From NCBI GenBank assembly GCA_046314355.1, contig JBKBWQ010000001.1, forward strand, positions 1,280,001 to 1,344,000: a stretch of 64,000 nt of DNA, in the 5' to 3' direction. Position numbers and translations under genes: made by a program. Positions 9,003 to 18,629 of the stretch are shown in pieces. Source of the stretch: Candidatus Altimarinota bacterium (GTDB lineage Bacteria > Patescibacteriota > Gracilibacteria > 1-14-2-50-48-13). The notes under the pieces were generated by a model. The model had not been told where the DNA came from, ran no database searches, and worked only from the letters and a program-made list of their open reading frames with translations. Each line of letters opens with the position of its first letter. The stretch's first letter is position 1.

Positions 9003-10436
9003 ATGCTACAGCTACAAAACGTTACAATCAGCCATGGAGTACAGACATTTATTGAAAATGTTTCTTTTTCCATGGAAGGAAAAGCCAAGAAACGTATCGC
9101 TCTCTTGGGGGCAAACGGTACGGGAAAATCTTCTCTTTTGAAGGTGCTTGCGGGAATAGATGAACCTGCTGGAGGATCCCGTTCTCTGAGCCGTGAAATG
9201 ATCGGCTACGTGCCGCAGGAGCTGGTGATAGATGAACAGGTGAAATTGGGAGACTATATGGAGACTCTACTGGTGGAATCATGGATGAGCTACCGGATCG
9301 TGATCGCCCTGGATGAAGTGGGACTTGCAGAGGATATTTTAGAAAAGAATATCGGTATGCTCTCGGGCGGTGAAAAAGTACGTTTGAGTATTGCGATCGC
9401 TCTCCTCTCTGAACCTACGATCCTGCTGCTCGATGAGCCGACCAATCATCTCGATGATCAGGGCTTACTTTGGCTTGGTGAATTCCTGACTAGCTTCTCA
9501 GGATCTCTCCTTATGATTACTCATGACCGTGCTTTTATCAATACGTATCTGACAGAGCTTTGGGAGATCGATCTGCAGTATAAAGTGCTGCAGAAATTTA
9601 CTGGAAACTATGATGATTTCTTACTCCAGAAGGAAAAACTCTACGAAATAGCAATGCGAGACTATAAGCGTTACCAGGATCAGATAGATGAGGCAGCACT
9701 TTGGCTGAAGGAAAATGAATTTCATCCGAAGTTCAGATTCTCCGACCGTGTGATGGCAAAGAAAAAGCAGCTTGCAGATCTATTGGAAAAAAGACCTCCT
9801 GAGCCTATCCTCCGCAAATCTGTAAAATTCCTGAAGCCTCTCCAGACGAGTGAACAGAGACTTTTGAAACTCAATATTCAGGAAAAGAAGATAGGAGGAA
9901 ATATTATTCTGAAAGACAAAGAGATCATTATCCGTGTGGGAGACCGTATCCGGATCATGGGTGAAAACGGCAGCGGAAAGACTACGCTTCTCAGGATCCT
10001 TGCGAAGGCAGATAAGGATTTTACAGGTGAATATTCAGATGGAGTAAATCTCAAACTTGCATACTTGGAGCAAGGCGTCTCTCTTCCGCAGGATAAAAAA
10101 ATGCTGGATTATGTCCTGGACACAGTATACGGAGACCATACTTCACTCCGTCGTATGCTTGCGCATTATCTATTCAATGACAATCAGATGGATCAGAAGA
10201 TAGGTAACTTGAGCTTTGGTGAACAGAAACGTCTAGAACTTGCGATCATGCTTCAGCAAAAGCCAAATCTCCTGCTGATGGATGAGCCGACGAATCATCT
10301 TGATATCTTTGCCAGAGAGGATCTGGAGAAATTCCTCATTGAGGAGGCACCGAGTATTATTGTGATTACTCATGACGCGTATTTTGCTGATAAGATAGGA
10401 TTTACAAAGGAGATTGTTCTTGAAAAGGGCAGATAG
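9003..10436 (+). CDS. ABC-F family ATPase
   Basis: Two NBDs (GANGTGKS/LSGGE/LLLDEPTNHLD and GENGSGKT/LSFGE/LMDEPTNHLD); no TM segments. Confidence 0.92.
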   Translation: MLQLQNVTISHGVQTFIENVSFSMEGKAKKRIALLGANGTGKSSLLKVLAGIDEPAGGSRSLSREMIGYVPQELVIDEQVKLGDYMETLLVESWMSYRIVIALDEVGLAEDILEKNIGMLSGGEKVRLSIAIALLSEPTILLLDEPTNHLDDQGLLWLGEFLTSFSGSLLMITHDRAFINTYLTELWEIDLQYKVLQKFTGNYDDFLLQKEKLYEIAMRDYKRYQDQIDEAALWLKENEFHPKFRFSDRVMAKKKQLADLLEKRPPEPILRKSVKFLKPLQTSEQRLLKLNIQEKKIGGNIILKDKEIIIRVGDRIRIMGENGSGKTTLLRILAKADKDFTGEYSDGVNLKLAYLEQGVSLPQDKKMLDYVLDTVYGDHTSLRRMLAHYLFNDNQMDQKIGNLSFGEQKRLELAIMLQQKPNLLLMDEPTNHLDIFAREDLEKFLIEEAPSIIVITHDAYFADKIGFTKEIVLEKGR

Positions 10437-10604
10437 AAAAAAAGGGAACCTATGGGATTCCCCGTCCTTTTGTTTACTGGTGTTTTTTGTTTTGCAAACG
10501 TTATTATAGAGAGATTGGTAAAAAGAAGGTAAGAAAAGAAAAACTTTTCCTCTTCTTAATTTTAAGCTACAGTGAGGGATGACTTACTCTCTTATCCAAT
10601 GCCC

Positions 10605-11432
10605 ATGAGATACCTTCTACTTGCTGTAAGCTTTCTCTTCCTTGCGGGATGCGCGAATGAAAGCACGGTGAATACTACTGTTTCAAATGTAAATACGAAC
10701 ACAACTGTCACGTCCGCTGAACCTGTCATGACTACTTCTGCCAGCGGTAATCTCATACAGACTCAGGAAGTAACATACTATGGCAATGTGAAAGGATACC
10801 TGGCATATAATCCTGCACTTTCTTCACTGCGTCCGGCTGTGATAGTGGTGCACGAGTGGTGGGGACTGAATGATAATATGAGAGAGATCGCGATGAAGCT
10901 TGCTGACGAAGGATATGTAGCATTAGCGGTGGATCTCTATGATGGTAAACTTGCTACTACGCAGGATGAGGCTAGGACTTATTCTTCTGCGGCACGGGCA
11001 AACCCGGCGGAAGCTATGAAAAACCTAGATGCAGGTATCTCATATCTTAAGACGTTACAGAATGTAAATAAGGATCTCATAGGTGCGATCGGATACTGTT
11101 TCGGAGGTACATGGTCCTATGAACTTGCGAGACAGACGAAGGATCTGAAAGCTTCTGTGATGTATTATGGACAGTTTAAGCCGGAGGATCCGTTTACAAA
11201 CGCAGATACTGCTGTACTTGGACATTTTGGTGAAGCAGATACGAGTATTCCTCTTGCAAATGTAGAGAAGCTCAAAAGTACTTTGGCTGGTGTCTCTGCT
11301 CAGGATGTGATCTACACTTATCCAGGTGCGGGTCATGCCTTTGCAAACAAGGGTAGCGCAAACTATAAGGAAGAACCTGCGCAGCTTGCATGGGGAAGGA
11401 CGCTTGCATTTTTGAGAGATCACTTGAAATAA
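10605..11432 (+). CDS. Dienelactone hydrolase family lipoprotein
   Basis: Lipobox LAGC; HEWWGLN, GYCFGG nucleophile, AGHAF; start at 10599 or 10605. Confidence 0.9.
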   Translation: MRYLLLAVSFLFLAGCANESTVNTTVSNVNTNTTVTSAEPVMTTSASGNLIQTQEVTYYGNVKGYLAYNPALSSLRPAVIVVHEWWGLNDNMREIAMKLADEGYVALAVDLYDGKLATTQDEARTYSSAARANPAEAMKNLDAGISYLKTLQNVNKDLIGAIGYCFGGTWSYELARQTKDLKASVMYYGQFKPEDPFTNADTAVLGHFGEADTSIPLANVEKLKSTLAGVSAQDVIYTYPGAGHAFANKGSANYKEEPAQLAWGRTLAFLRDHLK

Positions 11433-11443
11433 GAAGTAATATA

Positions 11444-11477
11444 AAAAAGACTCCTCAATAGTTGAGGAGTCTTTTTT
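11444..11477. terminator. Bidirectional intrinsic terminator
   Basis: aaaaaagactcctcaa-tag-ttgaggagtctttttt. Confidence 0.9.
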
Positions 11478-11481
11478 AATA

Positions 11482-11814
11482 TCATGAGATGTTTTGGAGT
11501 TCCACTAATGTTTGTTTCATGTGTTTATTGAGTTCAGACAAATTTAAAGTTACTTTCTCATTCTTTTCATAAATACAAACTGGTGTAAGAAGATCATTAC
11601 GTTTTAGCAGAAAAATATATACTCTGTAGCCAGCTGATTTACCTCTGTTGTTTTTCTTTAAACGTATTTTGTAAATATTCCCAGAAATCTTTGCTGCAAG
11701 CAGTACATTAAATGTCTCAAAGGTTTTAATAAAGTTCTCTTTTAGAGCAGCATCTTTTTTACACAGTATTCTCAGCTGTTTCTTGAAATGCTGCGTAATA
11801 AAGACTTTATACAT
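11482..11814 (-). CDS. Type II toxin, RelE/HigB superfamily
   Basis: FKKQLR..., YKIRL...GKSAGYRVY...IYEKNEK pattern; overlaps the antitoxin stop. Confidence 0.8.
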   Translation of the reverse strand: MYKVFITQHFKKQLRILCKKDAALKENFIKTFETFNVLLAAKISGNIYKIRLKKNNRGKSAGYRVYIFLLKRNDLLTPVCIYEKNEKVTLNLSELNKHMKQTLVELQNIS

Positions 11815-12052
11815 CTGCAAGCTGAGCTTTGAGTGAAGTAGGTATTTTTCCTTTTTTATCCAACTGAATTAGTATATCTGAGAGTTCTTGGGAGAGCGCA
11901 TTAAGTTTTAATAGCTCACTATTCCTATGGTATTTATAGAATTTGATGAGAAATCTGAAAAACTCTGCTTTGCTGTCATAACCCTCATCCTGCATAAAGG
12001 TTTTTAACTCCTGATCGAAGGTTTCGTTCACTTTGAAAAATATTGAGGACAT
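11807..12052 (-). CDS. Cognate antitoxin, RHH/CopG-like
   Basis: SIFFKVN...EGYDSKAEFFRFLI; immediately upstream of the toxin. Confidence 0.75.
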   Translation of the reverse strand: MSSIFFKVNETFDQELKTFMQDEGYDSKAEFFRFLIKFYKYHRNSELLKLNALSQELSDILIQLDKKGKIPTSLKAQLADV

Positions 12053-12061
12053 AAGGAATAG

Positions 12062-12099
12062 TATATCAAATATATATCAATTATATAGTATATTGATAT
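12062..12099 (-). promoter_or_regulatory. Probable TA autorepression operator
   Basis: tatatcaa twice plus inverted ttgatat directly upstream of the antitoxin. Confidence 0.45.
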
Positions 12100-12254
12100 T
12101 TCTGTATACTGTTTTGAGCATACTTACATATATGACAGTCTGCAACCAGCTAGTGTAATTATATCTTATAAACAGGGACAGTTCATAAGTCTGTTTCAGG
12201 TTTCCAGTGAGATCTTAATGTGTTATAAATGACTTATGATTCCTCATATTTACT

Positions 12255-13217
12255 ATGCTCTCACGCTCAATCCTTAAGAAAATATATATAGCTTTTGGTA
12301 CACTGCTGGGAATACTTCTTTGTCTTCTCGGCTACTTACTTTTCCCCTATACACTTCCAGCTGCATCTGGAGAATTTACTCTCATAGCCCACCGCGGAGT
12401 GCATCAGACTTTTCCATTGGATGGGCTGGAAAATGATACCTGTACTGCGAGTATCATGAATACTCCTACTCACGAGTATCTGGAGAATACGATTCCTTCT
12501 ATCCGGAAAGCCTTTGAGAGCGGAGCTAATATAGTGGAAATAGATATTCATCCCACTACGGATAACAGACTCGCTGTCTTTCATGACTGGACCATTGACT
12601 GCAGGACAAATGGAAAAGGAGTGACTCGTGAACAAAGTATGGAGTACCTCAAGACTCTGGATATCGGATACGGATATACGGCGGATGGAGGGAAGACCTT
12701 TCCAATGCGGGGGAAAGGCATCGGTATGATGCCGACGATAGAGGAAGTGCTGGATGCTTTTCCAGGTAAGAAATTTGCGGTAAATCAGAAGGATACCTTT
12801 GATAGGACAACGGATCTATTGGCTTCAGTACTTGAAAAATATCCAGTAAACACACGGGAAAATATTTATTATTATACGGCTACAAAGCAGTATGAGCTGC
12901 TCAAGGCAAAGACCCCTGAAGTAAAAAAAGATATGCCCACACGCGGAGAAGAGAAAGCATGTATACCAGAATATCTGGGGATGCTCTTTACAGGAAAAGT
13001 CACCGAGAACTGTAGAAGATATATCATGGGAATCCCTGCCCGCTATCTGATATATGCACCAGGATGGCCGAATCTTTTTCTGATGAGAGCGAGGCAGGCG
13101 GACTTAAAAGTATATATTATAGATGTGGATAGCCGGGAAGAATATGAATACCTAAGATCATTGCCCATCGATGGTATTACGACGAATAAGATAGAGTTGA
13201 TGGATTCTTTTGAATAA
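12255..13217 (+). CDS. Glycerophosphodiester phosphodiesterase, membrane anchored
   Basis: N-terminal TM; IAHRG, ENTI, VEIDIH, VFHD, DGITTN. Confidence 0.92.
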   Translation: MLSRSILKKIYIAFGTLLGILLCLLGYLLFPYTLPAASGEFTLIAHRGVHQTFPLDGLENDTCTASIMNTPTHEYLENTIPSIRKAFESGANIVEIDIHPTTDNRLAVFHDWTIDCRTNGKGVTREQSMEYLKTLDIGYGYTADGGKTFPMRGKGIGMMPTIEEVLDAFPGKKFAVNQKDTFDRTTDLLASVLEKYPVNTRENIYYYTATKQYELLKAKTPEVKKDMPTRGEEKACIPEYLGMLFTGKVTENCRRYIMGIPARYLIYAPGWPNLFLMRARQADLKVYIIDVDSREEYEYLRSLPIDGITTNKIELMDSFE

Positions 13218-13257
13218 ATACAAAAGCCTGCTAGGATAAAAATATATATTTTATGTA

Positions 13258-13683
13258 ATGCCTATGCAGCCTCGACTCTCTCTCGTCACACTTGGTACTT
13301 TGGACTTCGATCGTGCAGTAAAATTCTATCGTGATGGTCTCGGGTGGGAAGCACAGCTTCATGAAGATACTGCTTTCTTTCAGCTGCCTGGGATTATTCT
13401 GAGTATTTATCCGAGAGAAAAGCTTGCGGCGGATGCTAAGATAAGTCCGGAAGGGAATGGTTTTTCAGGTATCACGCTTGCATACAACACTGGAAGCGAA
13501 GCAGAGGTAAATGAAGTATTTGAGACGGTAAAAAATCTTGGTGCAGAGATCATAAAAATACCTGAGAAAGTATTCTGGGGCGGATATAGCGGATATTTTA
13601 AGGATCCGGATGGTTTTCTTTGGGAGGTCGCTTTTAATCCTTTTTGGAAAATGCATGAGGATGGACGAGTAACATTGGCATAA
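13258..13683 (+). CDS. VOC/glyoxalase family protein
   Basis: SLVTLG...FYRDGLGW ... FWGGYSGYFKDPDGFLWEVA. Confidence 0.92.
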   Translation: MPMQPRLSLVTLGTLDFDRAVKFYRDGLGWEAQLHEDTAFFQLPGIILSIYPREKLAADAKISPEGNGFSGITLAYNTGSEAEVNEVFETVKNLGAEIIKIPEKVFWGGYSGYFKDPDGFLWEVAFNPFWKMHEDGRVTLA

Positions 13684-13731
13684 TAAAAGAGCTGTCATTG
13701 ATGACAACTCTTGTGTGGAAGATCATAGCCC

Positions 13732-14037
13732 TCACTGGATCTTTGAGAGAAAAAAATAGAGCGCTTTCCGCTCTGCATCTAGTTTTTTCTCATCCAATGG
13801 GAGTGATTTTGTTTCCTCTTTTTGTTTTAGACTAAGTAGAAAAGGCGGTATGGGTGCAGCATGAAATTCGAGAATACAGGAAGAGAATTTGAAGAGATAC
13901 TGATACGGAATCTTTTCTTCACCACTTTCTATAGACTCGAGATAAGTAGGTCCCAACTGCATTCTGAATGCTGCATCAAGGACATCAAGTCCAAGTGCTT
14001 CCCGTAAAGCCTTTAGTTCTTCAGCGAGAGTTTTCAT
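13732..14037 (-). CDS. XRE-family helix-turn-helix protein
   Basis: LAEELKALREALGL...AA......YLESIESGE; AAAGGAG SD ahead of ATG 14037. Confidence 0.75.
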   Translation of the reverse strand: MKTLAEELKALREALGLDVLDAAFRMQLGPTYLESIESGEEKIPYQYLFKFSSCILEFHAAPIPPFLLSLKQKEETKSLPLDEKKLDAERKALYFFLSKIQ

Positions 14038-14186
14038 TTTGTATTCTCCTTTTTTATATATTTTTTGTGAGTATAGTAAGTACACTGCTGAATGTACAAC
14101 AGATCGGCTGTGAAAGAGGCAAATATGACAGAGTTTTGACCCATCAGACTTGCTGAAAATACTATTTATGAGATAAGAACTATTTT

Positions 14187-15488
14187 GTGGAAATCGATCA
14201 TAATCCGGAACTAGATCGCGCACTTCATCTGCTGGATAATACTTCAAGTCACGTGATCCTCACAGGTCGCGCGGGTACAGGTAAATCCACGCTTCTTACC
14301 TATTTTCGTCTACATACGAAAAAGAAAGCTGTGGTACTTGCGCCAACTGGTATTGCTGCGGTGAATGTGCAGGGAGAGACGATCCATTCTTTTTGCGGAT
14401 TCAAGCCGAGTGTCACGCTTTTTTCTGCTTTGAAAAGGGCAAAGAATCTCAAGAAAAAGGAGAGGGAAATGTATAAGGCGGTCCAAATGATAGTAATTGA
14501 TGAGATCTCGATGGTGAGAGCTGATCTTCTGGATATAGTGGATAGATTTCTCAGAAAAGCAGTGGGAGATGAAGCTCCTTTTGGAGGAAAACAGATGGTA
14601 TTTATAGGAGATCTGTATCAGCTTCCTCCAGTCCTGCGTGAGGAAGATAAGGAAGACTATGCGGTATTTTATAAGACTCCATATTTTTTCAGCTCCCAGG
14701 TCATCAAGGAAATGCTCTGGTCTGCATTCCCGCCAGAACACGTGGAGCTGACACGCATCTACCGTCAGGAGCAGCAGGAGTTTATAGAACTGCTCAATGC
14801 TATCCGTGATGGATCCTGTACACAAAGAGACATAACGAAACTTAACGAACGCAAGATACAGCTCCCGCCTGAATCAAATGCTATTCATCTCACTGCCACC
14901 AATAAGCAGGCCGATATAGAAAATCAGACAAGGCTTGATGATCTCGACGAGGCTCTGGAAATGTATCAGGCGAAGGTCACTGGAGATATTGATGAACGTA
15001 TTTTTCCTGTAAAAGATGTGCTGGAGATCAAAAAAGGCGCACGGATCATGATGACCAATAACGAGACAGACGGCAGGTGGCAGAATGGATCACTAGGCAC
15101 AGTAATAAATTGTGATGAAAACGGGATAGAAGTACACCTGGATAACGGACGAATCTGTGAGATAGATCCTTTTAGATGGGACATGTATCATACGGTGCTG
15201 GATGAAGAAAAGGGACAACTGGAGCAGAAATCTGTAGGATCATTTACACAGTATCCCATCAAACTTGCCTGGGCGATCACTATTCACAAGAGTCAGGGAC
15301 AGACCTTTGATGAAGTGCTCATAGATCTCGGATGGGGAGCCTTTGCGGAGGGTCAGACTTATGTGGCGCTATCCCGGTGCAGGACTTTTGAAGGGATTTA
15401 TCTCAAGAAAGCACTGCAGATGAGGGATGTGAAAGTGGATTTGAGGATCGGGGCTTTTTTTGAAGTATTGAAAATGAAGAAGATATAA
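14187..15488 (+). CDS. PIF1/RecD-like SF1B helicase
   Basis: GRAGTGKS, APTGIAA, TIHSF, IDEISMV, GDLYQLPPV, AITIHKSQGQT, YVALSR. Confidence 0.93.
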   Translation: MEIDHNPELDRALHLLDNTSSHVILTGRAGTGKSTLLTYFRLHTKKKAVVLAPTGIAAVNVQGETIHSFCGFKPSVTLFSALKRAKNLKKKEREMYKAVQMIVIDEISMVRADLLDIVDRFLRKAVGDEAPFGGKQMVFIGDLYQLPPVLREEDKEDYAVFYKTPYFFSSQVIKEMLWSAFPPEHVELTRIYRQEQQEFIELLNAIRDGSCTQRDITKLNERKIQLPPESNAIHLTATNKQADIENQTRLDDLDEALEMYQAKVTGDIDERIFPVKDVLEIKKGARIMMTNNETDGRWQNGSLGTVINCDENGIEVHLDNGRICEIDPFRWDMYHTVLDEEKGQLEQKSVGSFTQYPIKLAWAITIHKSQGQTFDEVLIDLGWGAFAEGQTYVALSRCRTFEGIYLKKALQMRDVKVDLRIGAFFEVLKMKKI

Positions 15489-15531
15489 AAAAGCCCGGGA
15501 AGAGCTTTCCCGGAAGTTCTGCATACACATA

Positions 15532-15999
15532 TTATTTCTGTATGCTTTTTTGTGTGTTTATCAATTTGTATACATCTTCATATACCTCATCGACGCAACG
15601 TAGTGTGAAATACGCCACAGCACCCTTTACAAGTAATGCCATAGCAATACATAGAAGAAATATATTCCCCTCAGTTCTATAGAGTAACATTCCTATAAAG
15701 CTGAGAAAAGCAGAAACGCCTCCAAATCCTCCTATAACTATAATGTCACTAAATATACCAACCATATACTCTCTGGATGACACGCCATCAGTGTCCAACC
15801 TTATAAGCATAGTAACAGGTCCTCTTTTCCAATGAAGTGTTGCCACAAGCGTGTAGAGAGCTCCCATTGGAACGATATTTTTAAGCGCACTATATGTAAA
15901 ATGCTGAGCATTCATGCCCTCATAGAGACATATAATATCGGGAGTCAAGACTCCTAAGAACAATATCAGTACTTCAAAGTATGAAGTATTCTTCATCAC
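15532..15999 (-). CDS. Orphan ~4-TM membrane protein (SD-led cassette A)
   Basis: Hydrophobic segments; AAGGAGG SD; own promoter. Confidence 0.7.
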   Translation of the reverse strand: MMKNTSYFEVLILFLGVLTPDIICLYEGMNAQHFTYSALKNIVPMGALYTLVATLHWKRGPVTMLIRLDTDGVSSREYMVGIFSDIIVIGGFGGVSAFLSFIGMLLYRTEGNIFLLCIAMALLVKGAVAYFTLRCVDEVYEDVYKLINTQKSIQK

Positions 16000-16032
16000 T
16001 ATTTTCCTCCTTCTTTTTATTTTAGTGTTCGC

Positions 16033-16060
16033 AAAATACTCTAAATAAATAATTTGTCAA
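16033..16060 (-). promoter_or_regulatory. Sigma70-like promoter
   Basis: TTGACA-16bp-TATTTT. Confidence 0.6.
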
Positions 16061-16178
16061 AATTTCTACAGGAAAAGGCATGTATAGAGGTCATGCAAAA
16101 ACATTATTTTTACCTTTCTCGAATGTACAGACTTACGATATACTTCTTCTGTTATTCTATATCTTCTCTTAAGTTCTC

Positions 16179-16586
16179 ATGTCCCAAGACTTCCTCATAT
16201 TACTGCTGGTAACACTTACATCACTCCTTGTCTGCTTTATATTTTCAGTCGTCATCGGTCTCAAACGAAGAAAACATAAGATCGCTGCACCTGCTATGGT
16301 AGGACACCCTGAGGTAGAAAGTGCGATACGCGTGCATTACAATACTATTGAGCAGATCATTCTCTTCCTCCCATCTCTCTGGATGTTCTGGTATCTCGTA
16401 TCTCCACTTTGGGCAAATATCCTGGGTATGATCTGGATAGTAGGACGAGTGCTCTACGCTCTCGGATACTACAACTCTCCGCTTAAAAGATATCCTGGTC
16501 ATCTTTTGACTCTTCTTCCGCTCTTTATCCTCATGTTTGGAAGTATGTTTGTCATCATCGCGCAGCTTGTAGGTATGCGGATGTAA
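16179..16586 (+). CDS. MAPEG family membrane protein
   Basis: RRKHKIAAPAMVGHPEVESAIRVHYNTIEQ ... GRVLYALGY. Confidence 0.9.
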   Translation: MSQDFLILLLVTLTSLLVCFIFSVVIGLKRRKHKIAAPAMVGHPEVESAIRVHYNTIEQIILFLPSLWMFWYLVSPLWANILGMIWIVGRVLYALGYYNSPLKRYPGHLLTLLPLFILMFGSMFVIIAQLVGMRM

Positions 16587-16600
16587 GAGAGTATATGTAG

Positions 16601-16633
16601 AAAAGGATCTCTAGAGATAGAGATCCTTTTTTT
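16601..16633. terminator. Bidirectional intrinsic terminator
   Basis: aaaaggatctcta-gaga-tagagatccttttttt. Confidence 0.85.
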
Positions 16634-16643
16634 GTACTGTGTT

Positions 16644-17099
16644 TTAATTCATATTTTTGTAATATTGAGTCTGCCGCTCAGTTCTTATGTACTGAAAGAG
16701 GTAGAGTGTAACCATGGCTGCCTGGGTAGTAAAACTGAACCTCAGATGCCAGATCTTATCTAAATGCATCTCAGGATCTGCATATGTCCCCGCAGTGTAA
16801 GCTGCATAGCTGATCAGCATGCCGCATACGGCAGCACAGCCAGCAGATACGAATACTGATCTCTTAAAGCGCTTCCAAACAGCTGGGCTTAAGCCATAGC
16901 GTTTGTTGAGCATCTGATAGAGCATGGTCTTCACCGCAACTTCCATCATAAAGACTAAAGTTACTGTATAGGGTATACCTGCTATAAGACATATAAGGAG
17001 TGGAAAGCCTACCTGTCCCATATAAAATGATAAGGTATGCAGTGCCAGTAATCCTAGTACCAATATTGTTGTTTGCATGAACATTAACCCCAATTCCAT
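16644..17099 (-). CDS. Orphan ~4-TM membrane protein (SD-led cassette B)
   Basis: Hydrophobic segments; AAAGGAGG SD; own promoter. Confidence 0.7.
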   Translation of the reverse strand: MELGLMFMQTTILVLGLLALHTLSFYMGQVGFPLLICLIAGIPYTVTLVFMMEVAVKTMLYQMLNKRYGLSPAVWKRFKRSVFVSAGCAAVCGMLISYAAYTAGTYADPEMHLDKIWHLRFSFTTQAAMVTLYLFQYIRTERQTQYYKNMN

Positions 17100-17133
17100 A
17101 TTGTTTTCCTCCTTTGTTTGTATGTGTGGAGGT

Positions 17134-17161
17134 AAAGTAGTCTTTTTATAAGATTTGTCAA
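17134..17161 (-). promoter_or_regulatory. Sigma70-like promoter
   Basis: TTGACA-16bp-TACTTT. Confidence 0.65.
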
Positions 17162-17321
17162 TTGATGTGAGTGGAGATAAGAAATATATAATAAAAACAG
17201 AGATTTCCCCTCAAAAGAAGTCTCTGTTTTATTTATGTACATATGATTACTATTATACTGTAGTTTTACAGTATAACAAAGAAAAAAGAGACCTTTTGAG
17301 AAGTCCCTTTGAGCATTTGTA

Positions 17322-17828
17322 TTATTTTAACGAATTTTTAGTTTTATGTATTTTAATTTTTTCCTCAAGATTTTCCAATGTGTGTATCACGTTGTATATA
17401 ATGAGGACGATGCTGAGATGGGTGATGATAAGGTAGATGAAGCTGCCGAAGTATACTCCGTACTTTACGCAAAGCCCGCCTTCATAGGCACATACAGCAA
17501 CCACTGCTCCGAGGGTGCCAGTAGTTATAATGCTATATACAAGATTATCCATGTAGAAAGTTTTTTCCTCCTCAGTAGGCGCCCTACGCTTGGTCTGCTC
17601 TTCGTAGAGCTGCCTCCAGGTATCTACTTCAAAGATACCTACAAATACTAAAGCGCATACAAATCCTAGAGAGCAAAAGTCCATAGGTTCATATTCTAAA
17701 GATGATATTATCCCTAAAAAGAATAAGAAAGCAGTACCGAAGATGAAACAATATTTGCATAAGTCGGCTTTGTACTTTACCTCCGGTGAGATAGCAGAAT
17801 ATTTTTCATAGATCTCTTCCTCTGTCAT
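17322..17828 (-). CDS. Orphan ~4-TM membrane protein (SD-led cassette C)
   Basis: Hydrophobic segments; AAAGGAGG SD before ATG 17828. Confidence 0.7.
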   Translation of the reverse strand: MTEEEIYEKYSAISPEVKYKADLCKYCFIFGTAFLFFLGIISSLEYEPMDFCSLGFVCALVFVGIFEVDTWRQLYEEQTKRRAPTEEEKTFYMDNLVYSIITTGTLGAVVAVCAYEGGLCVKYGVYFGSFIYLIITHLSIVLIIYNVIHTLENLEEKIKIHKTKNSLK

Positions 17829-17865
17829 ACACCCCTCCTTTTTTTCAAAAATATTTGTTTTGCAT

Positions 17866-17893
17866 AGCATAGAGATAAGCAGAAAGATGTCAA
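17866..17893 (-). promoter_or_regulatory. Sigma70-like promoter
   Basis: TTGACA-16bp-TATGCT. Confidence 0.65.
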
Positions 17894-17955
17894 TGGTTTG
17901 AAATGGAGATGTGGAGAAGTATCAAATGCAGTTTTAAAGTGGGATACTGAACTCA

Positions 17956-17983
17956 TTGACAAATGTAAAAATATGTCTATAAG
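17956..17983 (+). promoter_or_regulatory. Sigma70-like promoter
   Basis: TTGACA-16bp-TATAAG. Confidence 0.6.
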
Positions 17984-18017
17984 TTGTTTAAAAAAATATT
18001 AGAAAGGAGAAATAAAA

Positions 18018-18629
18018 ATGACAACAGTAGATGGAAAGACATTGATCTCTATGGTGCTGGAAAATGGAATGGATCATAAAAAGTTTCTGGAACTCATAGA
18101 TACGGGATGCAGGGGAAATGATATCCTGACCATGCCTATCTCTCTAGAATATCTGGAAGCGGAACTGATCCTGGTACAGGAGCTCATAGAACAGAGTAAT
18201 ATGAACTTCTCCATCAAGCAGGAGAAAGTAAAAGCATTTACTTTGAAGACAAATGAGTACGAGAAAGTTTTGCTCTCTAGTCCGAGTCTAGAGCAAAAGG
18301 CATTTGCAGGAAAAATCATACGATTCTTCCGCCTGCTCGTACGCGGAGTGACGGTCAAACCGGTATCTGATCAGAAGGATCTGTTGGGATATGAAGCGTT
18401 CAATCTCTATATGGCTTGCAAGTGCTATCTGGAAGTACAGGCGATCTATAATGCATATCAAAGGACTCTCGCGATCTGTCCCGAAGAATTGCTCGCAAGG
18501 GCAATGGTAAGTGATATCGTAGCTCTGTATAAAAGACTGCGTGAGACAAAATTAGGAATCGTAGAAATGTCTTGGCGGCATTGCCTTACAATCGATAGAT
18601 TGGTGAGGATGATGGAGTCTGGACGGTGA
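18018..18629 (+). CDS. Orphan soluble alpha-helical protein (SD-led cassette D)
   Basis: 203-aa ORF; AAAGGAG SD; promoter upstream and hairpin plus T-run at ~18637-18663. Confidence 0.7.
   Translation: MTTVDGKTLISMVLENGMDHKKFLELIDTGCRGNDILTMPISLEYLEAELILVQELIEQSNMNFSIKQEKVKAFTLKTNEYEKVLLSSPSLEQKAFAGKIIRFFRLLVRGVTVKPVSDQKDLLGYEAFNLYMACKCYLEVQAIYNAYQRTLAICPEELLARAMVSDIVALYKRLRETKLGIVEMSWRHCLTIDRLVRMMESGR

Noticed and set aside
9003-10436. Antibiotic-resistance (ARE) ABC-F assignment
   Set aside because: Subfamily cannot be determined by eye; it needs ABC-F subfamily HMMs
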